From a virus, in IMG/VR virus record IMGVR_UViG_3300049740_002873, positions 9,337 through 73,336 of that record: a DNA stretch of 64,000 nt. The stretch is one strand, 5' to 3'. This document shows, in pieces, positions 26,914 to 37,700 of this stretch (position 1 is its first letter; every line of letters begins with the position of its first letter). The translations under genes and the position numbers were made by a program. The notes below the pieces were generated by a model. It was not told the origin of the DNA, ran no database searches, and saw only the letters and a program-made list of their open reading frames with translations.

Positions 26914-27223
26914 TCAGGATCTTGAATCGCAATTAATTAAATTTTCTGAAAAAAATAATGAGCAAGAGTGTTGTGGATTAATAGTAAGTTCGGGCGAGAA
27001 TTTAAAATTCATTGCTTGTGATAATATAAATCCAGATCCTAAATATATGTTTACTATAGATCCTGCGTGTTTTTTGAATAGAGATGTAAAGTATGTCTTT
27101 CATTCTCATGTGATTGGCAATGAAAAGCCGTCTAAGTTAGATATTAAAAACTGTAAAATTGTGGATATTCCTTATATAATATATTCGTTGAAAACTAAAA
27201 AATTTTTTTTATTAGAAATATAG
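26900..27223 (+). CDS. JAB/MPN metalloprotease (lambda gpK N-terminal-like; no NlpC/P60 domain)
   Basis: ECCGLIV and HSH...PSKLD JAMM motif; start at 26900 or 26906. Confidence 0.88.
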   Translation: MDMFNQDLESQLIKFSEKNNEQECCGLIVSSGENLKFIACDNINPDPKYMFTIDPACFLNRDVKYVFHSHVIGNEKPSKLDIKNCKIVDIPYIIYSLKTKKFFLLEI

Positions 27224-27248
27224 TGTAATAGGTGAAAGGTATAAGGTA
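27223..27248 (+). promoter_or_regulatory. GTGTA putative late promoter plus AAGGTATAAGG leader element
   Basis: GTGTAATAGGTGAAAGGTATAAGGTA-ATG. Confidence 0.65.
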
Positions 27249-30200
27249 ATGAAGAGGGTCTTTTTATATGGCGATTTAAAAAGACGGTTTTGTAACTCAA
27301 TCGAAGTTGATGTGAGTGGCATAACCGACCTTGTTCATGCTTTAGAAGCTAATTTTGATGGATTTACTAATCATGTTATCCGTAGATATATAGAAGGTAA
27401 TGAATACGCTTTCTTGAAGAAAGATCCAAAAAAAATAGAAAACCAGGAGGATTTGCAAAGTAGTATAGTATCTAAGGATTCAGATTATATATTAAGCTCT
27501 AAAGAAAAAGAAGTTCATATTATTCCTTTTTCAAGTGGAGGAGTTGTGGCCAAATTCTTTGGCGCTAAATTATTTGGAAAAATAATGTCGGCTATTGTTT
27601 GGTCTGCTGTAGCTCAAGTCGCTATGAATATATTATTCAAACCTCCGAAGCAGAGAACGCCTAAAACTATAAGCACTAAATCTATGATTTTGAACGCAAA
27701 GGCTAATAGCACAAGCCAAGGCTCTCCAGTCCCTGTTGGATATGGAAGATTAAGAGTGGGCGCAGCAAATATATTAACATATCAAAGCAACAAAACAACT
27801 TCAGGAGGTGCAACCGGAATTGAGTCTGCGAGCGAAATAGAATTTGTGGATTTAATTTCAGAAGGCCCAATAGGTGGTTTTGCTGACGAAAAAGGTCTTC
27901 CGGTTGGAGGTGGTGGAGTGGGTGCAGGCGCAACCCCTTTAATAACTCAGAAATCAGAGGAGAATTTAAAGGGTATATATCTAAATGACACTCCCGTACT
28001 TGGTTCTCATGGATTTAGAAATTATATACTTAATGAGAGGGAGAATGGTTTTCCAGAGTTATCTGTTGGCGTAAATAATCCTACAGGTAGCGTCATTAAT
28101 AAAGCTTCTTATATGAAAAATTATGATCTAGATTTAGTGGGTCCAAGTTTTGAGAATTTACAAGGTGCGACAAATGCTGTAGTAAATTCAGTGGCTGCTG
28201 CATATTTACTTCCTGAAGATGTAATCAATCAATCTGGTTTACCTGTTGCTCATCGAGTTTATAACGAAAATATTGATATTGTCACATTCGCGTTAACAAG
28301 TCAGCAGCAACATCAGAACGTTAAAAATGCTGATACACAAGCTAGAACAGTGATTTTTTCTATATCTTATGCATTTGGATTAAATTCTAGTAATAACAAT
28401 GAAGCTGTTGGAACTCCAATTCAATTAGGATTTGAAAAAAATGATAACCGCTCAAGTTTTTTTACGCCAGGTATTTCTCCTGTTAAAGACCAATTTTTTA
28501 TGAGTGATGCAGTGGGAGATGGTGAGTATGGATTATTCTCCTATTATAATAAAGATGATCAGAAACCACCAAAACTATATAATAATTTATTTAATACTCA
28601 TGGTGTGGCTTCGAGCGCTTTTCAGTTTGATATTAGTGTTAGATTTAGCGAAGAAACTAAAAGGAGAATTAAAAATGAAGGTATTACTTTTAGGATACTT
28701 AAGCATAGCGTAGAATTGGATCCTGCAGCAAAAGGTGCTGTTGGTGGGGCAAATAACGTACAATCTTTAAAGCTTGATTATGTTCAGGAAATAACTGCGG
28801 CAAATTTTACTTATCCTAATAGCGCTATATGTAAATTACTGATAGATGGAAAAAACTTTTCTTCTGCCCCTGAGAGAACTTATCATCTTTTTTTGAAAAA
28901 AGTTTTAGTGCCTTCTAATTATGATCCTGTGTCTAGAACTTATGATGGCGCATGGAGCGGATCTTTTCATAAGGATGGATCTGATACTGAGTCAATCTCT
29001 AATTTAGGGGACTCTCATAGATTTTGGACCAATAACCCTGCTTGGATTTATTTTGATTTAATTACGAATCCAAGATTCGGACTTGGAAGAAATGGAGTTG
29101 ACTACGAATTTGTTAATAAATGGCAGTTGTATAAGATAGCTAAATATTGTGACGAATTGGTTTCAACTAGTTATCCAATAGAGACTTCTGATGGAAATTT
29201 AGTTGATTTTAAATATGAAAATGAAGGTGCTGCTGTTGATGAAAAGGGTGAATTTACTGTCAAAATAGATATCGATCAATATAATAGGTCTGTCGAAGAT
29301 TTTGGAGAAGGAACAAGTTTTGCAGGTAAGCTTGTTGCTTTTTTCATTGGTGACGATATTGATGTAAATGATTCCAGTAAAAATTTAGAAATTTATCAAA
29401 GAGAATTAAAGAGAGTTGATAATAACAACAATACAATCATCTTGAAGGGCCCATCTTTACCTACAAAAATAGTTGATGATGTTAACGTTTCTATTGGTAA
29501 GTGCGCACTTCAAAAGAATCATAAAATTGTTGAGCCTAGGTTTTCTTGTAATGTTTATATCAATGAAAAATCAGAGGCTCTCGATTTAATTAATAAACTT
29601 GCTTCAGTTTTTAGGAGTATTAATTCTTATTTGGGTGGTAAAATTTATGCGATACAAGATGTTCCTCAGGATCCTATTCAAATATTTAATAATAGTAATG
29701 TGGCTAATGGGGAGTTTAATTATAGCACTGCGGACAAAAAAAGAAGGATTACAGCTTGCGTTGTTCAATTTGTGAATGAAGATAAAAATTATGATGTTGA
29801 TTCTGTTTACGAAGAAGATGCTTTTGCTATGCAAAGGTTCGGGTTTGTTCAGGAAGAAATTGTTGGATTTGGCGTAACTTCCTCTTCTCAGGCAAGAAGA
29901 TTGGCGAAATGGAATTTAATAGCGTCTCAGTCAGAAAATGAAATTATAAAATTTAATGTATCTCAAGAGGGAGCTTATTTATACCCGAATTCAATTATAG
30001 AAGTATCTGATGAAAATAGAATAAGTAAAGAAAAAAGCGGAAGAATAAAGTCAATGGGCGAGAGTTACACAAAAATAAGCGGAGGCTCAGAAATAGTGAT
30101 AGATAAACCTTATTTTGAACTAGATAAGGATATCACAAAAACCCCAAGCGGAACTCCTGTTGAAATAAAAATAGCCAGAGGTATTGGTAATATTACAACA

Positions 30201-31745
30201 GAAGATCTCGAGAGCTCTTCCGCTTTAGAATCGGATCATGGAGTAGATCAGGATGTAATGATCGAAGGGTTCTTTTCTGAGCAAATCGTCATATTTCAGG
30301 GAGTGTTGTCTCAAATTCAAAATTCTCATGGATTTCAAAATATAATAACAGACTTAATTTTAAAAAGATCTATCGAGATTAATGTTTTAGAAAATTTTAT
30401 TCTATGTAAAAATCATGGTTTTCCAGAAGGAGCTAAAGTTTCTTTTTCATCTGATGGGGTACTGCCTTCTGGGATAAAATCTTCTTCCGTCTATTCTGTT
30501 ATAAATTCTTCCAAAAATTCTTTTCAGTTAGCGATTGGAGGAAATGTTATTAAAATTTTTGATAAAGGTAAAAGTGATTTAATGGAGAATGGTGGTCAAC
30601 ATTATGTTTATTATAGTAACGATTCAGCTAATAAAGAAAAAACTATAATAGAAATGAACTCAATCGCCTTTGGTGCTGCTTACAATATAACCGGGTTTAG
30701 TGGGGATATAGCTGGCGATTCAGAGCTTGCGTACAAAAGTGGCGGCGGGAATGTTTTTAGTGTTTTAAATAATGTTGTTGATGGCATGGTTCCAGGCTGG
30801 TATTCTGCGGATTTTTTGGGAAGTTTTTTCGTATCTCCTAAAAGTAAATTTTATGTATACAGTTCTAAGCGATTAGGGTGGGTTTATATATCTCCAACTT
30901 CTAGTAAGGATTCTTTAATTATACATAAAGAATCGTTTGGGTGGATGTATAAAAAGCAATATATAAGTGATAACTGGTGGTATATATACGAAAAAAAATC
31001 TTGGGCTTTTTTGTTTGGCGGAGAAGATGATTATGTATTTATCTTGGGGCAGGATTACTACGATCAATATAATGTTGGTGATATTTTTCCTTTTGGGCTT
31101 GGTACAACTTATGAAGTAGTTGCTAAAGTGAGCGAAGGTATTTGGATATCAAGCGGAGGTGCTTGGGAGGACCGTTTCGAATACACCCCCTTAACTCAAT
31201 CAGCGGCGCCAGATTTGAGCGCCCCATCTTCTAGAGTAGTAGCTATAGAAAGTTATGAATATATTTCTGCCAATGATTCTGTTCAGAAAAAAGATTCTGT
31301 TGTTGTTAAGTTATTTTCTAGTGATGATATTGATTATAATACTGTGTCAGAATTTTTTATTAAAATATCTTCTAAAAGCACGTTAGTAAATAAAAATTGG
31401 CAGGTTATATTCAGAGGGGGGCGCAGTTTTGAGCTGATAGATTCTGAACACGACTCGGGGTTTCAAGGTGGAGATGCTGGTGTATTAGATAGCGTTACCA
31501 TAGAAATAGATTTTTCTATGTTATCCGAAAGGTATTTTAGGTCTCAATTATATAGAGTTTTAAGTGTAAAAGAAGCCAAAGGGAACTCTTATGAAGTTAT
31601 CGCATCAGAATATAACTCTTCTAAATATAGAGCAGCAGATTCTTCCGGTTTGGTCGAGTCTCCTATACTCCCTTTACCTCCTCAGGCAAACATGTCTGTT
31701 CCTGCAACCCCTTCAAATTTAAGGATTGATTTAACTTCTACTTAA
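27249..31745 (+). CDS. Fused tail assembly protein I + tip attachment protein J (N-terminal part)
   Basis: gpI: ubiquitin-like N-terminus VFLYGDL..IIPFSSGG and QGSPVPVGYGRLRVG. gpJ: DLISEGPIGG, IYLNDTPV, WTNNPAWIYFDLITNPRFGLG, EPRFSCN, GVTSSSQARR. Confidence 0.9.
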   Translation: MKRVFLYGDLKRRFCNSIEVDVSGITDLVHALEANFDGFTNHVIRRYIEGNEYAFLKKDPKKIENQEDLQSSIVSKDSDYILSSKEKEVHIIPFSSGGVVAKFFGAKLFGKIMSAIVWSAVAQVAMNILFKPPKQRTPKTISTKSMILNAKANSTSQGSPVPVGYGRLRVGAANILTYQSNKTTSGGATGIESASEIEFVDLISEGPIGGFADEKGLPVGGGGVGAGATPLITQKSEENLKGIYLNDTPVLGSHGFRNYILNERENGFPELSVGVNNPTGSVINKASYMKNYDLDLVGPSFENLQGATNAVVNSVAAAYLLPEDVINQSGLPVAHRVYNENIDIVTFALTSQQQHQNVKNADTQARTVIFSISYAFGLNSSNNNEAVGTPIQLGFEKNDNRSSFFTPGISPVKDQFFMSDAVGDGEYGLFSYYNKDDQKPPKLYNNLFNTHGVASSAFQFDISVRFSEETKRRIKNEGITFRILKHSVELDPAAKGAVGGANNVQSLKLDYVQEITAANFTYPNSAICKLLIDGKNFSSAPERTYHLFLKKVLVPSNYDPVSRTYDGAWSGSFHKDGSDTESISNLGDSHRFWTNNPAWIYFDLITNPRFGLGRNGVDYEFVNKWQLYKIAKYCDELVSTSYPIETSDGNLVDFKYENEGAAVDEKGEFTVKIDIDQYNRSVEDFGEGTSFAGKLVAFFIGDDIDVNDSSKNLEIYQRELKRVDNNNNTIILKGPSLPTKIVDDVNVSIGKCALQKNHKIVEPRFSCNVYINEKSEALDLINKLASVFRSINSYLGGKIYAIQDVPQDPIQIFNNSNVANGEFNYSTADKKRRITACVVQFVNEDKNYDVDSVYEEDAFAMQRFGFVQEEIVGFGVTSSSQARRLAKWNLIASQSENEIIKFNVSQEGAYLYPNSIIEVSDENRISKEKSGRIKSMGESYTKISGGSEIVIDKPYFELDKDITKTPSGTPVEIKIARGIGNITTEDLESSSALESDHGVDQDVMIEGFFSEQIVIFQGVLSQIQNSHGFQNIITDLILKRSIEINVLENFILCKNHGFPEGAKVSFSSDGVLPSGIKSSSVYSVINSSKNSFQLAIGGNVIKIFDKGKSDLMENGGQHYVYYSNDSANKEKTIIEMNSIAFGAAYNITGFSGDIAGDSELAYKSGGGNVFSVLNNVVDGMVPGWYSADFLGSFFVSPKSKFYVYSSKRLGWVYISPTSSKDSLIIHKESFGWMYKKQYISDNWWYIYEKKSWAFLFGGEDDYVFILGQDYYDQYNVGDIFPFGLGTTYEVVAKVSEGIWISSGGAWEDRFEYTPLTQSAAPDLSAPSSRVVAIESYEYISANDSVQKKDSVVVKLFSSDDIDYNTVSEFFIKISSKSTLVNKNWQVIFRGGRSFELIDSEHDSGFQGGDAGVLDSVTIEIDFSMLSERYFRSQLYRVLSVKEAKGNSYEVIASEYNSSKYRAADSSGLVESPILPLPPQANMSVPATPSNLRIDLTST

Positions 31746-31746
31746 T

Positions 31747-34700
31747 ATGAAAAGAACATCAATATTAGTTAGTTTTAATATAAATGATTTGCAAGCAAGT
31801 TATGAGGCTGTTGTTTCTTCTAAAGATTATTCATTTACAAAGAATTTTGGCAAGGGGTCTGATTTAGTTAGTTTAGTCGGTCACAATTTTTCTCAAAATA
31901 TATCTCTCGAAGGAAATTATGGTAATTTTCAAGTTAGAATTTATGCGATTAGTTCTATAGGTGTTCGCTCTGATTATATATCTGAAAATGTAACTGTTGT
32001 TCCTCCTGAATTTTATGGAACATTTCAATTTTCAGAGTTAGTAAATAATGTTGGCGCGAATGTGAGTAACGCATCTAATTCTTATACTATAATAAATTCT
32101 CCAGAAGATTTTTCTTCTGGAAATTCTCTTGAAATATCTGATGGAGTTTATGATAAAAATGTAAGTTTATCTTGGAGCTTGAATCCACCTTTTGGTCATG
32201 TGCTTCATGGTCAAAATTTAACAGATGCTTTATTGGGAGATACTTTTTTTGATCATTTTAAAATAAAAATTATTAAGTCTGGTAATGAAATAGATCTCAG
32301 TTTTTTTGATGAAAATGGAGCAGAAATATCTGCATTGGCAAATTCTTTATCTGTATCAAATAGTTCGGTTATTGATAAATTAAATAATTACAAAGAATTT
32401 AATTTAAACTTATCTGATGAGGTTTTTAACGCATTGAATTTGGGTAGATCTTTTTCTGTAGAAATACAAGCTTTTGATTCAAAGGGTAATGATTGTTCTG
32501 CATCTATAGATTTTAGTTCTACTCCTCCGGTAATTAATTCTTTGACTAATAATATAGTTGGGAATAAGTCGACTTTAACATGGGATTATTCTGGTATAAC
32601 CGTAGGTAAGTCGAACAGTATTAGGGTGATATCTATGCCATTATCATCTTACCTTAAGGATTCTGAAGATTTTGAAGAAAATTTTTCTTTTTTCAGTTTA
32701 GTTGCTAATGCTAAAAAGTATAAAAATATAAGCGGTAATACTTATGCTGTAGGGGATGTGGTCTCTTATAATGGATATGTATACGAATGTATATCTCAAC
32801 ATTCATCTTCAAGCTCAACGCGACCAGGTAATAATAGTATATGGACTCAAATCGGTCCAGAAGGAGTTTATAACGTATCTCAGCAAACCTCATCATCTAA
32901 TAGTTACGAGCAATTTCAGGATTGGGGTTATAAATATTACTATTCATTAACTCCTAGTGATATAATCGGGGAAGGAGATAGTGTTGAATATAGAATTGCT
33001 GGAGATTTAGCGGCTTCTAGTTCTAGCGTATCTATTCAAAACGGATTAGCTTATGAGGATAGAGGGGATATTGTATTTAGTTGGGACATTCAAGATAATA
33101 ATGGTAATGATGTAGATTTAGATCAGTATAGATTTTCTAGTAATCCAAATTTTCCTCCGGCAATTCTTGGCATTAGTGGGCATTTGTTTGACTTAGATAT
33201 GTGGAGAAATTATTCTAAAGAAGTAATCATTAAACAATTAAACGATGGCCGAAATTCAGTATCAACAAACGCTGATGGAGAATTATCTGCTGCGCCTAGC
33301 GTAGGTGTTTATGATCGTTATGAATATAATATAAGTGAGAATAGAAATATATATACATCAAGAGGTTTTCCTGCGTATGAGGTATTTAATTATGAAAAAA
33401 TATATAATCAGGGTCAGTATGTAATTGTATTGGATCAAGAAGGTCTTTATTATGCAGCTCGAGACACTTTAAATTCAGATTCAAACGGTAAGTCTATATA
33501 CGTAAAACCTTATTATTCTGAATTTAATATAGAAGATAATTATAAAAGTGGAGATTGTATTGTAGAAAATAATTCTATATATGAACTAAAACAAGATTTT
33601 GGAATTGATAGTTCTAAAGGAGTATTTCGTTATGATTCAAATTATGATGTTGGTGATTATGTTATTGCTTCGAATAATTTTGTTCAAAAATTTGATGCCG
33701 CAAAAGGTTATGAGGTAGATGAAATTGTTACTTTTGAAGGAAATTTTTATATTTGTATTACTGCACAACTTATATATGCAGAAGATATAAATAATAGAAA
33801 TTATTGGGCATTGTTATCAGAATTTGATGAAATTGAATGTTCTTTATATGTAGCCACTAATGCAGTTTCATCTAATGCAAACTATCCTTCTCAGGATTCT
33901 GTTAATTGGCAAAAAATACAATTAAATAATGAAAATTATTTTTCTTTAATTATAGAGCCATACCCTATGCAGGGTTTTTCTGACTGGTCTTCTTCTGTCG
34001 TGTACGAAGAGGGGGATGTTGTTGTGTATAAAAATGACACTTGGGTATGTGCTTCTCGAAATTCAGGGCAAAAACCGGGTAGAAGAAAGATGTATTGGAG
34101 TAATTCAGCTCCAGATGGCGTTGATTTAGTAGAGGGATTTGGTTATAAGGAGGGTGACTTAGTATACGCTAATGGTTCGGTTTATGAGTGTTTGAGGGAT
34201 AATCCTTTATGTGCTCCATTACGTTTAGAAAATACTGATGCTAGATCTTCTTATTCTCAGGTTGGCTGGAAACCATTCTGGGTTCAAGATGAAACTTACA
34301 ATGATGTGGTTTTTGGTCATATGGCTATTCCTGAGGGAGGTAAGCGCGGAGTAGGGCTCAGCCTTTCTATATTAGACATAAATGAAGAGCCAATATCTTC
34401 AGTAAGAATTACGGGGGTGAATCCCGCTCCAGTTATATCAAATCAAGATTTTGAAATTGATTCTATAAGCGTAACAGAAAGAGTAAAATTTAATTTTAAA
34501 TATTTATTAGGATTTCAGGAAAGAACTACATTCTTGGAACTATATAGAAAGCCAGCTCAAGATTGGATTGACGATGATTATACGTTTGAAATTAGGGATA
34601 AAAAGAATTTTGTAAAAAGAGTTGAAGCTAATGTTGATGATGCTTATGGTGAAAACATAGTAGAAATAGAAGACTTTCCTCCTATTGAAGTGGATTCAAA

Positions 34701-37700
34701 TGGTAAAAAAATTGCTGCTGGTTATGTTTATAAGTTGTTGCCTTATGATGATTTTGGTAGTGGTCAACAGCATTTTGTTTCTTCCGATAATGGAGATAAA
34801 ATTATTAGTGTTTTTCCTAAAAATTTATCGAATCAAGAAGAGGGTGCTCCAAATGGGCCTGTTATTAGAGCTTCTCAAGGAATAGCTAATTTAGGAGCAG
34901 TTCCTTTTCCCGTGGATAATTTAAGTGGATCGACTGCATTTGAAACATTTCTTTTAAACTGGGAAACAAGAGATAATGATATTGATTTCTTCGAGTTGTG
35001 GCAAGAAAAATCTGATTCGAATGAAGGGGCACTTATAATACAAGAAGGGGAGTCTACTCCTGAGTTTTTATCTCAAGAAAAAAATCAAGAAGGTTTCAGG
35101 AGGTTCGCTGGAGCTTTATATAGTATTGGTGATACAGTACCAACTGAACAAACAGAATTTTCTGTAATAAATGCAGAGAAAATTTTTGATATTCCTGGAA
35201 ATACTAGAACTGTTTCCACTTCTGTTGCTGGCGACGCCAATTCTTCTGCAAATTTTTGGGTTAGAGCCGTAGACAAAGGGGGGAATAAAAGTCCATTTAC
35301 AGGATCTTTTTTAGGAGATAGCAGTTCAAATATTCTTGGATTATCTTTAACTGCTGGAGGTTTTGACCCTCAGTCTATAGATGGATTTGAGAGTTCTATT
35401 ACAGAAAAATTTCCCAAGAGTATAGCTTTGGTTCCTGATAACCCATTTATAGCTGGAGATAGAAATGCATGGTCTTCTCATAAATTATTTTGGAGGGGTG
35501 GGGAGTATAATATATCAGAATATGATAATACGGATTTTTCTGCAGAATATAGCGAGGGATATGTCTATTGGAGGACAGGGGATAATGCTTATGGTTTTTC
35601 AGAAAGTCATCCTGCTAATAATTCTGATTTAGAATTTGAAGATGGCGACTTTATTGTAGCTAGATATAGTAAAGATGAAGAGGGAGCTCTCCATGTTTCT
35701 ACTCAATTTGTAGCATATAATACTGCTAGTATTGGTACTGCCAACATAGTGGATGGTGCAATTACTAATGCTAAAATTGGATCCTTAAGTGCAGATAAAA
35801 TCACAGCAGGATTAATAAATAGTCAGGATATACAAATTGGTGGTACTGGAGCTATAAGATCTGTCGGTTTTAATGGTTCTGAGACAGACTCAGGTTTTAC
35901 TCTTAATGGTGATGGAGAATTCATATTTCAAAAAGTAATTGGTAATCAGGTTTCAAAAATATTTTTTGGTGAAGAGGGCTTGGTTATACAGGGTAAACTA
36001 AAAAGTACCAGCGGAAAAACTACAGAAATAATTAGGGGTTCTGCAAGTACTGAGTCTTTAAAATATTATCCAATTACAGAACCAATTCATCATCCTGATG
36101 GCTATAATTCTATAATAATGGAGGATGAACTTACTTTTTATCCTTTTTGGCACGAGAAAATTACTGACACTACTACAGAGTATGCTAAAGCGACTGCTCC
36201 TACTATAGAGTTTACTTTTAGAATTCAAAATTCAACACTTAGACCTGAGGATATAAGATTTAATGTTTTTGCGGTAAAAGATGGTGATACTGTACAGATC
36301 GTTGGTGACGAGCATCATGGTGGGCACGGATATGATATATATGGTTTTAAATTTGATCTAAACAATAATAGTGGTGATGATATTGTTATTGATGAAGATA
36401 GTATGATTGTTAAATGTACACTTGATGGTGGATATGTAAAAGATCATGATGTTTGGTCTAAAGCCCTTGCCCCTCAATACTACCCTCACTCATACGGTTT
36501 TGATTATATGATTAAATTTGCATTTACATCTGATTTACCTGGTGGATGGTTATATGATAATGGTCTCGAAGGTAAATACTTTGCTGAAGATCAAATTGCT
36601 GATGGTGTGTTGGTTCAATATACATCTATCAGCGGTTCTGGAACTGAACAAGTAATCGTAAGAAGAACTGCTGATGCTGTCGCTGGCCCGCAGGGTCAAC
36701 AAGGTGAGACTGGAGCATCAGTTGATTTTTGGTTTACAAGAAGTCATTCTTTGCCAAGTTTTGTGGATTCTGGTGAAAACCCAGGTGATGAATGGTATAC
36801 AGATTTTTCAAAACTTTCTGATACTATAAAAGCGTTCTCAACCATTAACCCGAAAACTGGTGAACTAATAAATAGTAACTATATAAAATGGCTTGAAGGC
36901 AATAGTAATATTCAAGTAAATTTAAGTGATATAGGTTTTAATTATTATGAAATACCAGACGTTTTAAATCCTAAATTGGAGGATTCGTGGGGGCAATCTC
37001 CTGGGGAAGTTGTTATTAATAGTGTTGTTCAATCAAGTAACGGTGATATTGTAATAACTTTTGCGACAGCCAATGGGGGCCCTGTGTATGGTATGGGGTA
37101 TTTACAGTTTGATTTAATCGCTAAGGGATCTTTGTATTCGCTGAAGGCTCAAAGCACTGGTAACACTGATGAATTTAATTTTTCAAATTTACAACAAATT
37201 GAAGGTGATGCTATTGCAGAAATAGCTGTTCACAGAGTATATAATGAGGGTGAGTTTGATGGATTGCCTATTGATGTACAAAAAGTATTAAGGGCTATTA
37301 CTTTTAATTTTAGAGAAAACAAATTAAATTTAAATGAAGATGGTAAATTATATGATGCTTCCGGCTCTTTTAGTGAATTTAGTAACTCAGACAAAGCTGC
37401 GCTAGAGGCTGAGCTGGAAGAATGGACCACCGATCAACCTTCTTTAAATCCAGGGCAAGAATTAAGATCTGCTCTTTTATTATTCGCAGGATCAAAAGTT
37501 GACTCAAAGTCTACACCTTTAAATCCTGATCCTATAAGTATTGATATTAGACAAACAAGAGAAATATTAACTATACAGGAAATATTTTTTAAAGCTAGTC
37601 CGACTAAGCCTAGCGATGAACATGCTACTCCAAATACATCTCCTGAAGGTGGGGGGTTAAATGTACCCGAGGATAATTATCAGAATAATGGTTGGTATAA

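Noticed and set aside
6943-31745. Contractile tail, tailocin or eCIS interpretation
   Set aside because: No sheath, wedge or spike gene was recognised; the gpM/L/K/I/J set indicates a non-contractile lambda-like tip
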